From: Opitutales bacterium
GTDB taxonomy: Bacteria; Verrucomicrobiota; Verrucomicrobiia; Opitutales; Coraliomargaritaceae
Reading direction: 5' to 3'
Length of the DNA stretch: 32,000 nucleotides
NCBI GenBank assembly: GCA_049606355.1
Contig: JBMYVL010000003.1
Span: 150,001 to 182,000 of the forward strand
Position numbers and translations under genes: made by a program. Position 1 is the stretch's first letter, and each line of letters starts with the position of its first letter. Below the pieces are notes generated by a model, which was not told the DNA's origin, did not search any database, and was given only the letters and a program-made list of their open reading frames with translations. Below are positions 11,133-20,211 of the stretch, in pieces.

Positions 11133-12044
11133 GTGAAAAAAACAACGCTAGCTTACCGAACGATTATTATCTCGGATGTGCACCTCGGTACACTCGACTG
11201 TAAGATCGACGAGGTGAATCATTTCCTCAAACACACCCACTGTGAGCAACTCATCCTGAACGGAGACATTATCGATGGCTGGAGTCTTGCACGCAAAGGC
11301 GGCTGGACAGAGAAGCACACCCGCTTCGTCCGGCTGGTCCTCAAGAAAATTGAAAAGCACGCCACGGATGTCGTCTATTTGCGCGGCAACCACGATGACA
11401 TGCTGGCGCGTTTTTTACCGCTTTTTTTGGGCAAGCTCAAGATCGTCGATGAACACATCCATGAAGGCGTGCAGGGCAATTACCTGGTCGTCCACGGTGA
11501 TGCCTTCGATACCGTAACTGTGAATCACAAGTGGTTGGCAATTCTGGGAGACATCGGCTATCAATCCCTGCTCGGCATTAACCGCATCTACAACCGATAC
11601 CGCATTTGGCGCGGCAAGCAGACCTTTTCGCTGAGTAAGGTGATTAAAGCGAAAGTGAAATCCGCGGTCAGCTTTGTCAGCAAATACGAGGAGCAATTGC
11701 AAAACCTCGCCCGCAAACGTAAGTGCCACGGCATCATCTGTGGCCATATTCACACCCCCGATAACAAAATGGTGGGCGACACGCATTACCTCAATTCCGG
11801 CGACTGGGTGGAGTCCTTAACTGCAATCGTCGAGCATCCGGATGGTCGATTCGAAGTCTATGATTATGCTGAATTTTGCCGCCGACTGGAGGCCAAAACG
11901 CAGCAGCAAGGGTCACCCAGTAAACTAAAGAAGGCGAAGCGCGCTCCTCAGGAAGCGCTGCCCGTCGAAGACGATAGCGACCCCATCGCCGTCGTCGGTT
12001 CGGAACGGCTGCACCCACCGGACTCAACCGACCGCCAAAAGTAA
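11133..12044 (+). CDS. Calcineurin-like metallophosphoesterase, UDP-2,3-diacylglucosamine diphosphatase (LpxH)-like
   Basis: 303 aa with a GTG start. Metallophosphoesterase motifs IIISDVHLG, NGDIIDGW, LRGNHDD, VVHGDAFD and CGHIHTP are in LpxH-like order. A ~60-aa charged, low-complexity C-terminal tail is not part of the fold. Confidence 0.7.
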   Translation: MKKTTLAYRTIIISDVHLGTLDCKIDEVNHFLKHTHCEQLILNGDIIDGWSLARKGGWTEKHTRFVRLVLKKIEKHATDVVYLRGNHDDMLARFLPLFLGKLKIVDEHIHEGVQGNYLVVHGDAFDTVTVNHKWLAILGDIGYQSLLGINRIYNRYRIWRGKQTFSLSKVIKAKVKSAVSFVSKYEEQLQNLARKRKCHGIICGHIHTPDNKMVGDTHYLNSGDWVESLTAIVEHPDGRFEVYDYAEFCRRLEAKTQQQGSPSKLKKAKRAPQEALPVEDDSDPIAVVGSERLHPPDSTDRQK

Positions 12045-12155
12045 CAAATAAAACGTAGACAAGCGACGTAGATCCCCCTTTCGTCGGCTCTTAAAGCTTC
12101 TAAACGCTACCGCCTCATACTCTGACTGACCCGCCCCTCTCGATCCATTTGATTT

Positions 12156-12917
12156 ATGAAAACTCCACTCGTACTCCGACTCGTACTGCCGGCATCTCTT
12201 TTAGCGCTTCCGCTCTGGGCGGAGAACAAACTTCAGGACACGCGTGATGTTCTCGAGCAGTGGGTCGAGACCCAACAAATCGTCTCTGCGGAACGCGCCG
12301 ATTGGCGCCTCGAAAAGTCGATCCTTACGGACAGCGAAAATTTGCTCCGTAGCGAATTGGCACGTCTCATCGAATCACTGGAAGATCTGAAGGCATCCGC
12401 CACTGCTGCGGATGAAGATCGCACCCGGCTGGCCGCCGAGAAAGAAGAGCTGAAGGCGGCCTCCGCAGTCGTCGAAGCCAATATTGGTGGGCTGGAGACT
12501 AAAATGAAAGCGCTGGTACCCACCTTGCCGCAACCGCTCATCAACAAGATTAAGCCACTCATGCGTCGCTTGCCCGATAACCCCAACAAAACCACACTCT
12601 CCCTCGGTGAGCGCGTGCAAAACATCGTCGGTATTCTGAGCCAAGCGGACAAGTTCAACACCACAATTACGCTCAGTAATGAGTCGCGTGAAATTGCGGA
12701 TGGTAAGGTCGTGCAAGTCACTACGCTCTACTGGGGCTTAGCAATGGCCTATTTCGTGGACAATTCCGGCGATTATGCGGGGATTGGCAGCCCTGGCGCC
12801 GCTGGCTGGGAGTGGCAAGAAAGGGCCGATGCCGGACCGCAAATAAAACAACTCCTTGATATCTACGAAGGCACCCAAGAAATCAACTTCGTCAGCGTGC
12901 CCGCTCGCATCAACTAA
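12156..12917 (+). CDS. DUF3450 family periplasmic coiled-coil protein (TtpB-like, first gene of a TonB2-type cluster)
   Basis: 253 aa. Signal peptide, long heptad/coiled-coil region, and a C-terminal globular part ([17 protein letters not shown]...WEWQ). It sits immediately upstream of a long MotA/ExbB paralog. Confidence 0.75.
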   Translation: MKTPLVLRLVLPASLLALPLWAENKLQDTRDVLEQWVETQQIVSAERADWRLEKSILTDSENLLRSELARLIESLEDLKASATAADEDRTRLAAEKEELKAASAVVEANIGGLETKMKALVPTLPQPLINKIKPLMRRLPDNPNKTTLSLGERVQNIVGILSQADKFNTTITLSNESREIADGKVVQVTTLYWGLAMAYFVDNSGDYAGIGSPGAAGWEWQERADAGPQIKQLLDIYEGTQEINFVSVPARIN

Positions 12918-12937
12918 CCCGAACCGTTTTCATTCTT

Positions 12938-14338
12938 ATGTACGCCCTTCACAAAACCCTTTTTGCGATCACGCTGGCTGCGATGAGCCTCTGCGCAAGC
13001 GCTCAGACGCAGACCTTTCAGTCGGCATCCGAGCAAGCGAAGCAAGACCTCGACGGCGCGCTCGAATTACTGCAAAGCACCCGGGAGAGTATTGCCTCCG
13101 AAAAGATCCCACTGATCCGCACGGTTTCGAAACTGGAAAGCGAGGTTCGCGAGAAGCAAGCGGAGCTGGATCGCCTGCGCCGCTTGCGTGATAACAGTGA
13201 TCTCGGGCTCAACCGGCTGCGTGACCAAGTCGAAGCGATTCAGGCACAAAACGAGTACGCTGCCGGTTTGTTGGATGAGTTTGTTCGCTCCTTTGAAACG
13301 CGGATCGATTACAGCGAACGGCAGCTGTACGAAGCGGCCGCAGAGGAAGCCAAGCTCGCGCTGGAAGATGCGGACATGAGCCAAGCCGATCGCTTTAACA
13401 AACAGATCGATGTCATCGATGTGGCGATTGATCGCCTGGCTCAACTGATTGGTGGCTATCGCTTCGCGGGGGTTGCGCTCACCCCTGAAGGCGATATCGA
13501 AGCAGGGCAGTTTGCTGCGTTCGGGCCAAGCGTTTATTATGCCTCCGAACAGTCGGATATCGCAGGTCTCGCCATCACTAAACTCAATGCCGCCGAAGCT
13601 GCGATTGCGACCCCCGGCGATGCATATAGTAAAGGCATTCGTCAACTCGTCGAAACAGCGGAAGGCACGGTACCAGCGGATGCTACCTTGGGCAAAGCGC
13701 TCAAGATCGTCGAAGGCAATGACAGTATCGGTGAGCACCTGGCAAAAGGTGGCAGCGTCGGAATGGTCATCATCGCACTCGGCATTGTCTGCTTATTACT
13801 GGGCGCTCTCAAGGTCAACGAGATCACCAGCTTCAAATCACCGGATCCGGAGAAAGTACAAGCGGTCCTCAGCCATTTGGAAAGTGGCGATCTAGCCAAT
13901 GCCCAAACAGCTGCAGGTGCGGTTTCGGGGGCAGGCGGCGAACTACTCCTCACCGGCCTCGAACATGCCAACGAGAAACGAGCGACACTCGAAGAAATTC
14001 TCTACGAAAAGATTTTGGCCGTACGTCCGAAACTGGAACGTTACCTGCCCTTCATGGCCTTGACTGCAGCCGCCGCGCCACTCCTTGGACTGCTGGGTAC
14101 CGTTACCGGGATGATTAAGACCTTTAATCTGATTACTATTTTTGGCACCGGCGATGCCAAGAGCCTCTCATCCGGTATTTCCGAAGCCTTGGTAACCACT
14201 GAGCTCGGCCTGATCGTCGCGATTCCATCGCTCATTTTGCACGGCTTACTTTCGCGGATGGCGAAGCAGAAAATTGGGGAGCTTGAGCAAACTGCAGTTG
14301 GTTTCATCAACGGCGTCTCAGCCTCTGGTAAAAAATAA
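12938..14338 (+). CDS. MotA/TolQ/ExbB proton-channel family protein, long form with N-terminal periplasmic coiled coil (TtpC-like)
   Basis: 466 aa. Signal peptide, ~250-aa coiled-coil/periplasmic region, then three TM helices with [13 protein letters not shown] and [15 protein letters not shown] channel motifs. Confidence 0.8.
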   Translation: MYALHKTLFAITLAAMSLCASAQTQTFQSASEQAKQDLDGALELLQSTRESIASEKIPLIRTVSKLESEVREKQAELDRLRRLRDNSDLGLNRLRDQVEAIQAQNEYAAGLLDEFVRSFETRIDYSERQLYEAAAEEAKLALEDADMSQADRFNKQIDVIDVAIDRLAQLIGGYRFAGVALTPEGDIEAGQFAAFGPSVYYASEQSDIAGLAITKLNAAEAAIATPGDAYSKGIRQLVETAEGTVPADATLGKALKIVEGNDSIGEHLAKGGSVGMVIIALGIVCLLLGALKVNEITSFKSPDPEKVQAVLSHLESGDLANAQTAAGAVSGAGGELLLTGLEHANEKRATLEEILYEKILAVRPKLERYLPFMALTAAAAPLLGLLGTVTGMIKTFNLITIFGTGDAKSLSSGISEALVTTELGLIVAIPSLILHGLLSRMAKQKIGELEQTAVGFINGVSASGKK

Positions 14339-14349
14339 GCCGCCCTGCG

Positions 14350-14988
14350 TTGATAGAACTCGCACTGAACAGAGACCCCCGCTGCATGGATGCCTTTTTT
14401 GACATAGTCCCACGATGCTGGAGCATTTGGATGAGCGGTGGCTGGGTGATGATCCCTCTGGTTTTACTGGCAGCGCTGATCTACACCAATGGGATGCAAC
14501 TCCTCCTGTCCCTGAACGCCCGCACCGCGGAAATGGGTCGCGAAAGCGAATGGATCGAGTGGATCCACAATCCACAGTCAGCGAGTGGTCGCGTGGGTGA
14601 AATTATTCGCTACACCCAGGATAACGTCCGCCACGCCAAACAAGTGCGCAATCGTTTTACCGAGGTGAAGCAAGCAATGATCCACACGATTGATCGGCGC
14701 CTCACTTTCCTCAATACACTTGTCGCAGCCGCGCCGTTGATGGGCTTATTGGGCACCGTGATTGGGATGCTTGGTACCTTTGCCGCGATTTCAAGTGGTG
14801 GCGGTTCGGAAACCGCCGCTAAAGTCGCTGAGGGTATTTCGGAAGCACTGATTACCACCCAAACCGGCCTCTTTATCGCCCTGCCCGGAATCTTCCTGGT
14901 ATTATTGATCCGCCGCCGCAAGCACGCCATTGAAGCCGCCCTGGCGCGCATGGAAGCGATGAGCCTCACCAAGCTCAAACTCGACTGA
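14350..14988 (+). CDS. exbB: ExbB/TolQ-type proton channel subunit
   Basis: 212-aa ORF with motifs [13 protein letters not shown] and [15 protein letters not shown]. The track start is TTG; the ATG at 14386 or 14431 is the more likely start. Confidence 0.85.
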   Translation: MIELALNRDPRCMDAFFDIVPRCWSIWMSGGWVMIPLVLLAALIYTNGMQLLLSLNARTAEMGRESEWIEWIHNPQSASGRVGEIIRYTQDNVRHAKQVRNRFTEVKQAMIHTIDRRLTFLNTLVAAAPLMGLLGTVIGMLGTFAAISSGGGSETAAKVAEGISEALITTQTGLFIALPGIFLVLLIRRRKHAIEAALARMEAMSLTKLKLD

Positions 14989-15028
14989 TTTTTCTTTCTT
15001 CCTTTCGACCCTAAACCCAGCAGCTGTT

Positions 15029-15427
15029 ATGCGACGTAATTTAACCTCCGATGACCGAGACGATGTAGAGATCAATCTCTCCCCCATGATCGACATGGTC
15101 TTCATCCTTCTGATCTTCTTTATTGTAACGACCGTGTTCGTCGAAGAGACCGGCGTCGAAGTCAACAAGCCCGAAGCGGCGGCTGCAGTGCAGTTGGAAA
15201 AAAACAGTATCCTCATTGCCGTCACCAAGGATAACAAGGTTATCTACGGAGGTCGCGACATTGGTATCAGCGGTGTATCTCCGATTGTGAAGCGCTTAAC
15301 GCTCAACGAAGATATTCCCGTCATCATTCAGGCCGATGAAGGTGCCAGCCACGGGGTCTTCGCTCGTGTCTATGGCGAGGCCAAGCTTGCCGGCGCAAAA
15401 GCCATTAACTTTTCCACCAAGCGCTAG
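15029..15427 (+). CDS. exbD: ExbD/TolR biopolymer transport protein
   Basis: 132 aa. [21 protein letters not shown] single TM containing the conserved Asp, plus a periplasmic domain. Confidence 0.9.
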   Translation: MRRNLTSDDRDDVEINLSPMIDMVFILLIFFIVTTVFVEETGVEVNKPEAAAAVQLEKNSILIAVTKDNKVIYGGRDIGISGVSPIVKRLTLNEDIPVIIQADEGASHGVFARVYGEAKLAGAKAINFSTKR

Positions 15428-15460
15428 GCGGGCGCTCCCTGAATCCTTGTTCTAAATTCG

Positions 15461-16120
15461 ATGGCACCGCTTTATCAACCCCCTACGGGACAAAGTACGC
15501 AGCAACGCGGCACCATTCTCGGGATCGGCGTCTGCGCGCTGCTTTTTTTGGCCATTCCGCTGACACAAATCTTCACGGAATACGAAAAAGCACCGGAAGC
15601 CATTGATGCTCTTGAAATTGCGCCGCCACCGCCACCACCACCGCCCGAGGAACCGCCGCCTCCGCCGGAACCAGAGGAAGAAGAGCCGCCCCCGGAGCTG
15701 GATACGCCGCCCCCGCCCATTACCCTGGAGCAACTGGACATGGCACTCAACCCGGGTACCGGCGGATCGCTTGCTGGCGATTTTGCGATGCCGAGTTTCA
15801 ACGCAAAAAAAGAAGACTTGGGTACGCTCGACATCTTCGACATCGGCGATTTGGACAACAAACCCAGACCCAGAAAGCAATCGGCACCCAAATACCCCAG
15901 TACGGCGAAACGACGTGGGCAGGAGGGCTATGCGATCGCCGAATTCATTATCGATGAATTTGGCAATGTCGTGAATGTAGAAATTAAAAATTCCAGTGAT
16001 CCGGTCTTCGAAGCACCCACGATCGATGCCATTCGTGGCTGGAAATTTACGCCCGGTGAAAAAGACGGGCGCAAAGTTAAAACCCGCACCCGCGTCAAAA
16101 TACCCTACACATTGAGCTAG
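15461..16120 (+). CDS. tonB: TonB family energy transducer
   Basis: 219 aa. N-terminal TM, a Pro/Glu-rich spacer ([25 protein letters not shown]), and a C-terminal TonB domain ([26 protein letters not shown]...[10 protein letters not shown]). Confidence 0.9.
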   Translation: MAPLYQPPTGQSTQQRGTILGIGVCALLFLAIPLTQIFTEYEKAPEAIDALEIAPPPPPPPPEEPPPPPEPEEEEPPPELDTPPPPITLEQLDMALNPGTGGSLAGDFAMPSFNAKKEDLGTLDIFDIGDLDNKPRPRKQSAPKYPSTAKRRGQEGYAIAEFIIDEFGNVVNVEIKNSSDPVFEAPTIDAIRGWKFTPGEKDGRKVKTRTRVKIPYTLS

Positions 16121-16176
16121 TCCTCGCTGCAGCTACCGCACTCTTTTTTCGTTCATCTTCTCTATTTTTCCCGATC

Positions 16177-17553
16177 ATGAAAGCACTCAAACTAATCCTT
16201 CTCGGCATTGCCCTCACCACCCTTCTGGGAACAGCTCCCCTCTCTGCAAAACGGGGCCCGGCCTACCCCGGGGCGGAATTGTGGAACGACGAAAGCTTCG
16301 TCAAGTCCTTCCTCGGCAGCTATGGCGTCTTGGCCGTTTATGAACCTAAAATATCCGACGCAGAAAAAGATGTGCTGCGGAAGCTAATTGATTTGATCAA
16401 GGCGAACCCTAAGGCCGCGATTCAACAGCTTGAGCCACAAATCAAGGCCGGAAGCAGTGCCGCTTTTGACTTCATCCTCGCCAATCTGCATTTCCAAGAC
16501 GGCAATCTCGCCAAAGCTGAACAGTACTATACCAGCGCGACCAAAAAACATCCGAGCTTCCGCCGTGCCTATAAAAATTTGGGCCTCGTCTACATCCAAG
16601 ACGGCAATTTTGAAAAAGCCGTGCCCACGATTTCCAAGGCACTCGAGCTCGGTGAAGTGGATGGCCGTGCCTATGGTCTGCTCGCTTACGGCTATCTCAT
16701 CCAAGAGAAATACTACCCTGCTGAAGCAGCGTACCGCCAAGCGATCCTGATTCAGCCGAATGTCAAAGACTGGAAGATCGGCCTCGCTCGTTGCCTGCTC
16801 GAAACCGAGCGCTACACCGAAGCGGTCGCGCTGTTTGATACCCTACTCAAGGAGGAGCCGGATAACACCGACTTCTGGCTGCTGCAAAGCAACGCCTACC
16901 TCGGCAAAGATGAAACCCTCAAAGCAGCACAAAATATCGAGATCGTGCGCCGTATGGGAGCTGCCGAGCTGACCACGCTCAAACTACTCGGCGATATTTA
17001 CATGAACAACGATTCGCCCGAACTTGCAGTCAGCGCTTATTTAGCGGCCGTTGCCATTGCCGAACCAAATCAGAATGAACCACTGGTGCGTGCCGCCGAT
17101 ATTCTGGCTCAGACCGCAAACTTTGAACAAGCGAAAGAATTGATCGCGACCATCCGTGCCAAGGCCAACGCCACTCTCAGCGAAGCACAAGACCTGACTT
17201 TACTGATTGCCGAGGCAAAAATTGCCCGCGATGCCGGTGACAATGAAACCGCAGTCGCCACCCTACACAAAATCGTGGAGCGTGATGCCCTCAACGGCGA
17301 TGCGCTGATTGAGCTCGGCAACTACTATGCCGATCAAGACCTGATGGCAGAAGCAATCACGCGCTATGAACAAGCTTCGCAAATCAGCGCCAGTGAGCGC
17401 AAAGCTCGTATCGCACATGCGCAGGCACTGGTTCAAAAGAACAACTATCGCGAAGCGCTGCCCCTGCTCAAACGTGCCCTGAAGATCCGCAGCGATCGCG
17501 CTCTTGAAGACTATACCGCACGCGTCGAGCGCGCCGCGAAAAATCAGAGCTAA
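16177..17553 (+). CDS. Secreted tetratricopeptide-repeat protein (TtpD-like last gene of the TonB2-type cluster)
   Basis: 458 aa. Signal peptide, then repeated TPR-like A/Y/L patterns throughout (for example [35 protein letters not shown]). Confidence 0.85.
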   Translation: MKALKLILLGIALTTLLGTAPLSAKRGPAYPGAELWNDESFVKSFLGSYGVLAVYEPKISDAEKDVLRKLIDLIKANPKAAIQQLEPQIKAGSSAAFDFILANLHFQDGNLAKAEQYYTSATKKHPSFRRAYKNLGLVYIQDGNFEKAVPTISKALELGEVDGRAYGLLAYGYLIQEKYYPAEAAYRQAILIQPNVKDWKIGLARCLLETERYTEAVALFDTLLKEEPDNTDFWLLQSNAYLGKDETLKAAQNIEIVRRMGAAELTTLKLLGDIYMNNDSPELAVSAYLAAVAIAEPNQNEPLVRAADILAQTANFEQAKELIATIRAKANATLSEAQDLTLLIAEAKIARDAGDNETAVATLHKIVERDALNGDALIELGNYYADQDLMAEAITRYEQASQISASERKARIAHAQALVQKNNYREALPLLKRALKIRSDRALEDYTARVERAAKNQS

Positions 17554-17585
17554 GCACACCGCTCCCACAGCATTCTCGAAAACCC

Positions 17586-17615
17586 ATGCCGTCGCTTCTC
17601 GCGACGGCATTTTTA
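17586..17615. terminator. Strong, probably bidirectional, intrinsic terminator
   Basis: Perfect 10-bp stem ATGCCGTCGC (17586-17595), loop TTCTC, GCGACGGCAT (17601-17610). It is followed by a T-run through 17614 and preceded by GAAAACCC, which gives GGGTTTTC after the hairpin on the minus strand. Confidence 0.8.
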
Positions 17616-17616
17616 T
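17593..17616 (+). repeat. Left copy of the 24-nt direct repeat CGCTTCTCGCGACGGCATTTTTAT
   Basis: 23/24 identical to 26091-26114. It corresponds to the last 3 nt of the left arm, the loop, the right arm and the T-tract of the terminator hairpin. Confidence 0.9.
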
Positions 17617-17621
17617 ACCCT

Positions 17622-17636
17622 TGGCACGCGGCACGC
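17622..17636 (+). promoter_or_regulatory. Weak sigma-54-like -24/-12 candidate
   Basis: TGGCACGCGGCACGC has a perfect TGGCAC and correct GG-N10-GC spacing, but the -12 element reads ACGC instead of TTGC. It lies 75-95 nt upstream of the 17711/17732 start. Confidence 0.2.
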
Positions 17637-17710
17637 CAATGCCACCCCTTTGGCACATCATTGTAACACGTCACCTATTTTTAACTTAGGATCCAATTAT
17701 ACAAATTGAT

Positions 17711-18517
17711 GTGACAATCGTTCGAGGCTTAATGAAAAGCATGTCATTGTTTACTATGCCGATTGCGGTAGCTCTAGTACTGCTTGCTTCTTCAATTCAA
17801 TTGTCTGCTGCGGACAAAAAGGATCCTTTGCATGTAAATGATCCAGTATTACGCTCTCTTCTTGACTCACATATTACCGCTATCGGAGGCTGGTCTAATT
17901 GGAATGCTGTTTCCAGTATGCGTCTGCGAGGCCAAATCGAACGCGAGGGACAGACGATCGACTGCGTTTTTGTCAAAAAGCGTCCCAATTTAATTCGTGC
18001 GACGCTGACACTACCGATTGCAGGTAAGAAGAATCAATCGCTGCAAATGATCCGAGCACACAATGGCAAACACGCATGGAGCACAACACGCATGAGTGGT
18101 GCGCAGGAAGCTCTCAATCACAAAATACTTAATGGCTCAGAAGCTAATGCCTTACTTGGAGATGCCGGTGTTGAACCTTTATTAATACAATTTTGGAAAA
18201 GTGAGGCAAAGCTCACACTTTGTGCATCTGAGCTTGTCGGCGGTCAGCACTGCTTCGTCATTAAAGCGTCCGCTACAAAATTAGACGGAGATTATTTATT
18301 CTATCTCTCTACAAAAAACTTGCGACTGCTCCGTCGCGAGCACGTGCATCCTAAAGAGGGACGTACTGTTACCGACTATAACGATTACCAAACGATTGAA
18401 GGTGTATCGATTGCCAGACGCCAAACAATCGATTCGTCCCAGACTGGCCATACCATTGTTACCATTCAAGGGATCGATTTAGGAATCGGCATCTATGCCG
18501 ATTATTTTAATCAATAG
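17711..18517 (+). CDS. Secreted hypothetical protein, possibly a LolA-like/lipoprotein-sorting-like fold
   Basis: 268-aa ORF (GTG; ATG at 17732 more likely). Signal peptide MKSMSLFTMPIAVALVLLASSIQLSA. The pattern AIGGWSNW...LRGQIEREGQ...VFVKKRPNLIRATL...HNGKHAW...GQHCFVIKA...DYNDYQTIEGVSIARR resembles outer-membrane lipoprotein-sorting-like proteins I recall. This is unverified. Confidence 0.7.
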   Translation: MTIVRGLMKSMSLFTMPIAVALVLLASSIQLSAADKKDPLHVNDPVLRSLLDSHITAIGGWSNWNAVSSMRLRGQIEREGQTIDCVFVKKRPNLIRATLTLPIAGKKNQSLQMIRAHNGKHAWSTTRMSGAQEALNHKILNGSEANALLGDAGVEPLLIQFWKSEAKLTLCASELVGGQHCFVIKASATKLDGDYLFYLSTKNLRLLRREHVHPKEGRTVTDYNDYQTIEGVSIARRQTIDSSQTGHTIVTIQGIDLGIGIYADYFNQ

Positions 18518-18631
18518 AGCCAAACATAGATTACACCCAGTTTTTAAAGCGAAGATTCAATCGCCTCAAAATTATAAAACTATGTAATTAGCCTGCGGCG
18601 CTTGCTGTAATATTCAATTACACATAAGACC

Positions 18632-18639
18632 TGTATAAT
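18632..18639 (+). promoter_or_regulatory. Extended -10 promoter element TGTATAAT
   Basis: Exact TGnTATAAT match 18 nt upstream of the ATG at 18658. An inverted repeat TGTAAT-ATTCA-ATTACA (18606-18622) overlaps the expected -35 region. Confidence 0.35.
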
Positions 18640-18657
18640 TTATAAAATTCTGTAACC

Positions 18658-19344
18658 ATGATACCTGTCAAAAATGTTTTCACATCGATCATGAGTAGTC
18701 AGATATTCACATTAATTTGTTATGCGATAGCTACAAATGGAATCGCGACTCAAAGCGTATCGTATGCTACTCAAATATCGGGTTTAGTTCACTACAAAGT
18801 CAGCGGTTATTGCGAATTTAATGGCAATCTGATGTTTTCAATTAGTGATTTACGAACCGGCGGCAGTAGGTGGTTGAGTCGCGCGCAGGTTTATAACGAT
18901 CTTCAGCTGCTCGAGTTTGATACTCACCAACAAGCTTTTAAAGCAATCTACCGAGGCCAGGAGGTGTACCTCCATCTTAAAAAAACCAACGACGGAACCG
19001 TGGTTTTACCGCAGTCGCCCCCCCTTCAAGAAGAAACCTTGAGCCCCTCCAGAATCAAGCAACTAGTCAGTGAGCTCGAGACAAAGCTCATCGCGGGTTT
19101 GCCAGAGGAATCACACAAGCTGCACACTGCCATGAAGACCTCGATCCAGAATCGTATCGCCGCATACGAATCGAGCTTGATAGCAAAGCAGATACGACAA
19201 GCCGAGGGCAGCGGGCATGAACATGAAACCTCCAGCGGCAAACAGGTGAAGCCCATGATTGGGAGTCTACGCCAAGAAAATCGGATTAATTCAAGAGTGT
19301 GGGCCTCCGATCACATTGAAATTCACGGCGAGCCCCCCCTCTGA
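18658..19344 (+). CDS. Hypothetical membrane-anchored/secreted protein
   Basis: 228 aa. N-terminal hydrophobic segment (IFTLICYAIATNGIA), a small beta-rich region, then a predicted helical, charged C-terminal half. I recognise no family. Confidence 0.65.
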   Translation: MIPVKNVFTSIMSSQIFTLICYAIATNGIATQSVSYATQISGLVHYKVSGYCEFNGNLMFSISDLRTGGSRWLSRAQVYNDLQLLEFDTHQQAFKAIYRGQEVYLHLKKTNDGTVVLPQSPPLQEETLSPSRIKQLVSELETKLIAGLPEESHKLHTAMKTSIQNRIAAYESSLIAKQIRQAEGSGHEHETSSGKQVKPMIGSLRQENRINSRVWASDHIEIHGEPPL

Positions 19345-19345
19345 G

Positions 19346-20095
19346 TTATTCCTTTTCAACGAAGTAGGTCCTGATTTCTCCTAGGCCCTCGTGCCTTGAA
19401 ACCACACGCCCCGAGGAAAGCAATTCGACGACAACTGGTAAGGTGCTGTTATCATCAAGATGAAACAGCGTATGACAATACCCTCTTGATAAATAGCCCG
19501 GCATAGACTGAATCAAGGGTGTAAACTCCTCGGCGATGGCATTGATATTCTGTTTATTACCCAGTGGATCCAAGTATACCAGACAGGTCTGGTCGCGTTC
19601 TTCAGTCGAGAGCTCACGATAAAATTGATCTGCCTGCCATACTGCTTCCTTTGTTTCGATCTCATCGGAGCGACCATAAAGGATAATCCATCGTGAAAAT
19701 TTATTCACAATGTGAGACCGAAGCGGTAACTGCCACCCACTTTCACCGCTAATTATCTTGTTAGCGAAAAAATAGCTCATTCGAGGAACATATTTGTTGG
19801 GAACGTTTTGCGTTTCCACCCCAGCAAGATTCTGCATGACATCCGTACTATCGATAGCCACTGGATAAACCCCAATACGTGGAAAATCTGCTAAAAGATA
19901 CCCGTCATTCAGCGGTCTTAACAGAATAAACCGAGTGCCCTCTTCGATCATCTTTGATGCATCACTCGGCTGAAAATCTTCAATGAGATTTCCAAAGAAA
20001 GGGAGGCGCTGTTCTTCCTCATCAGTTAGCTCCACGCCCGAGAGAGATATCAGCATGGATAAAAATACGAATATAAGCGATAAGACCTGTCTCAT
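19346..20095 (-). CDS. Hypothetical secreted protein
   Basis: 249 aa. Signal peptide MRQVLSLIFVFLSMLISLSG. I recognise no family. Its stop codon lies 1 nt from the stop of the convergent 18658-19344 gene. Confidence 0.65.
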   Translation of the reverse strand: MRQVLSLIFVFLSMLISLSGVELTDEEEQRLPFFGNLIEDFQPSDASKMIEEGTRFILLRPLNDGYLLADFPRIGVYPVAIDSTDVMQNLAGVETQNVPNKYVPRMSYFFANKIISGESGWQLPLRSHIVNKFSRWIILYGRSDEIETKEAVWQADQFYRELSTEERDQTCLVYLDPLGNKQNINAIAEEFTPLIQSMPGYLSRGYCHTLFHLDDNSTLPVVVELLSSGRVVSRHEGLGEIRTYFVEKE

Positions 20096-20156
20096 AATTA
20101 AAGCGTCGGTTTTATTGGAAAGATACCTGTATACCCAGAGAGAGATTGAGTTCAGT

Positions 20157-20185
20157 AAAAAAGCACCTCCCTAATGGGAGGTGCT
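20157..20185 (-). terminator. Rho-independent terminator after the PEP-CTERM gene
   Basis: On the minus strand: AGCACCTCCC ATTA GGGAGGTGCT followed by TTTTT (plus-strand stem 20162-20171 / 20176-20185, A-run 20157-20161). Confidence 0.75.
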
Positions 20186-20211
20186 TGAAATAAGTCTATT
20201 ACTGTAAGTGT

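Noticed and set aside
12233-12721. 162-aa and 113-aa antisense ORFs within the DUF3450 gene, and similar ones (13067-13738, 13449-13895) within the TtpC-like gene
   Set aside because: They are antisense or alternative frames of genes with clear domain architecture, and they have no signals of their own.
15620-15720. Repetitive CCGCC/CCACC tract that looks like a tandem repeat
   Set aside because: It is in-frame proline/glutamate coding low complexity within tonB. It is not a CRISPR array or a non-coding repeat element.
15475-15891. Gly/Ser-rich 138-aa ORF ([25 protein letters not shown]) and the 142-aa Arg-rich ORF on the minus strand
   Set aside because: They are mirror images of the TonB Pro/Glu-rich spacer codons. 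TonB on the plus strand has a full TM, Pro-rich and C-terminal domain architecture.
17651-17665. Second TGGCAC motif as a sigma-54 promoter (TGGCACATCATTGTA)
   Set aside because: The spacing is off by one. GG-N10 is followed by TA rather than GC, and TTGT is displaced by 1 nt.
17689-17694. GGATCC near both ends of the AT-rich block (17689-17694 and 26086-26091) as possible terminal repeats
   Set aside because: It is only a 6-mer and occurs elsewhere, for example at about 17821. The flanking bases do not extend the match and no inverted terminal repeats could be aligned.
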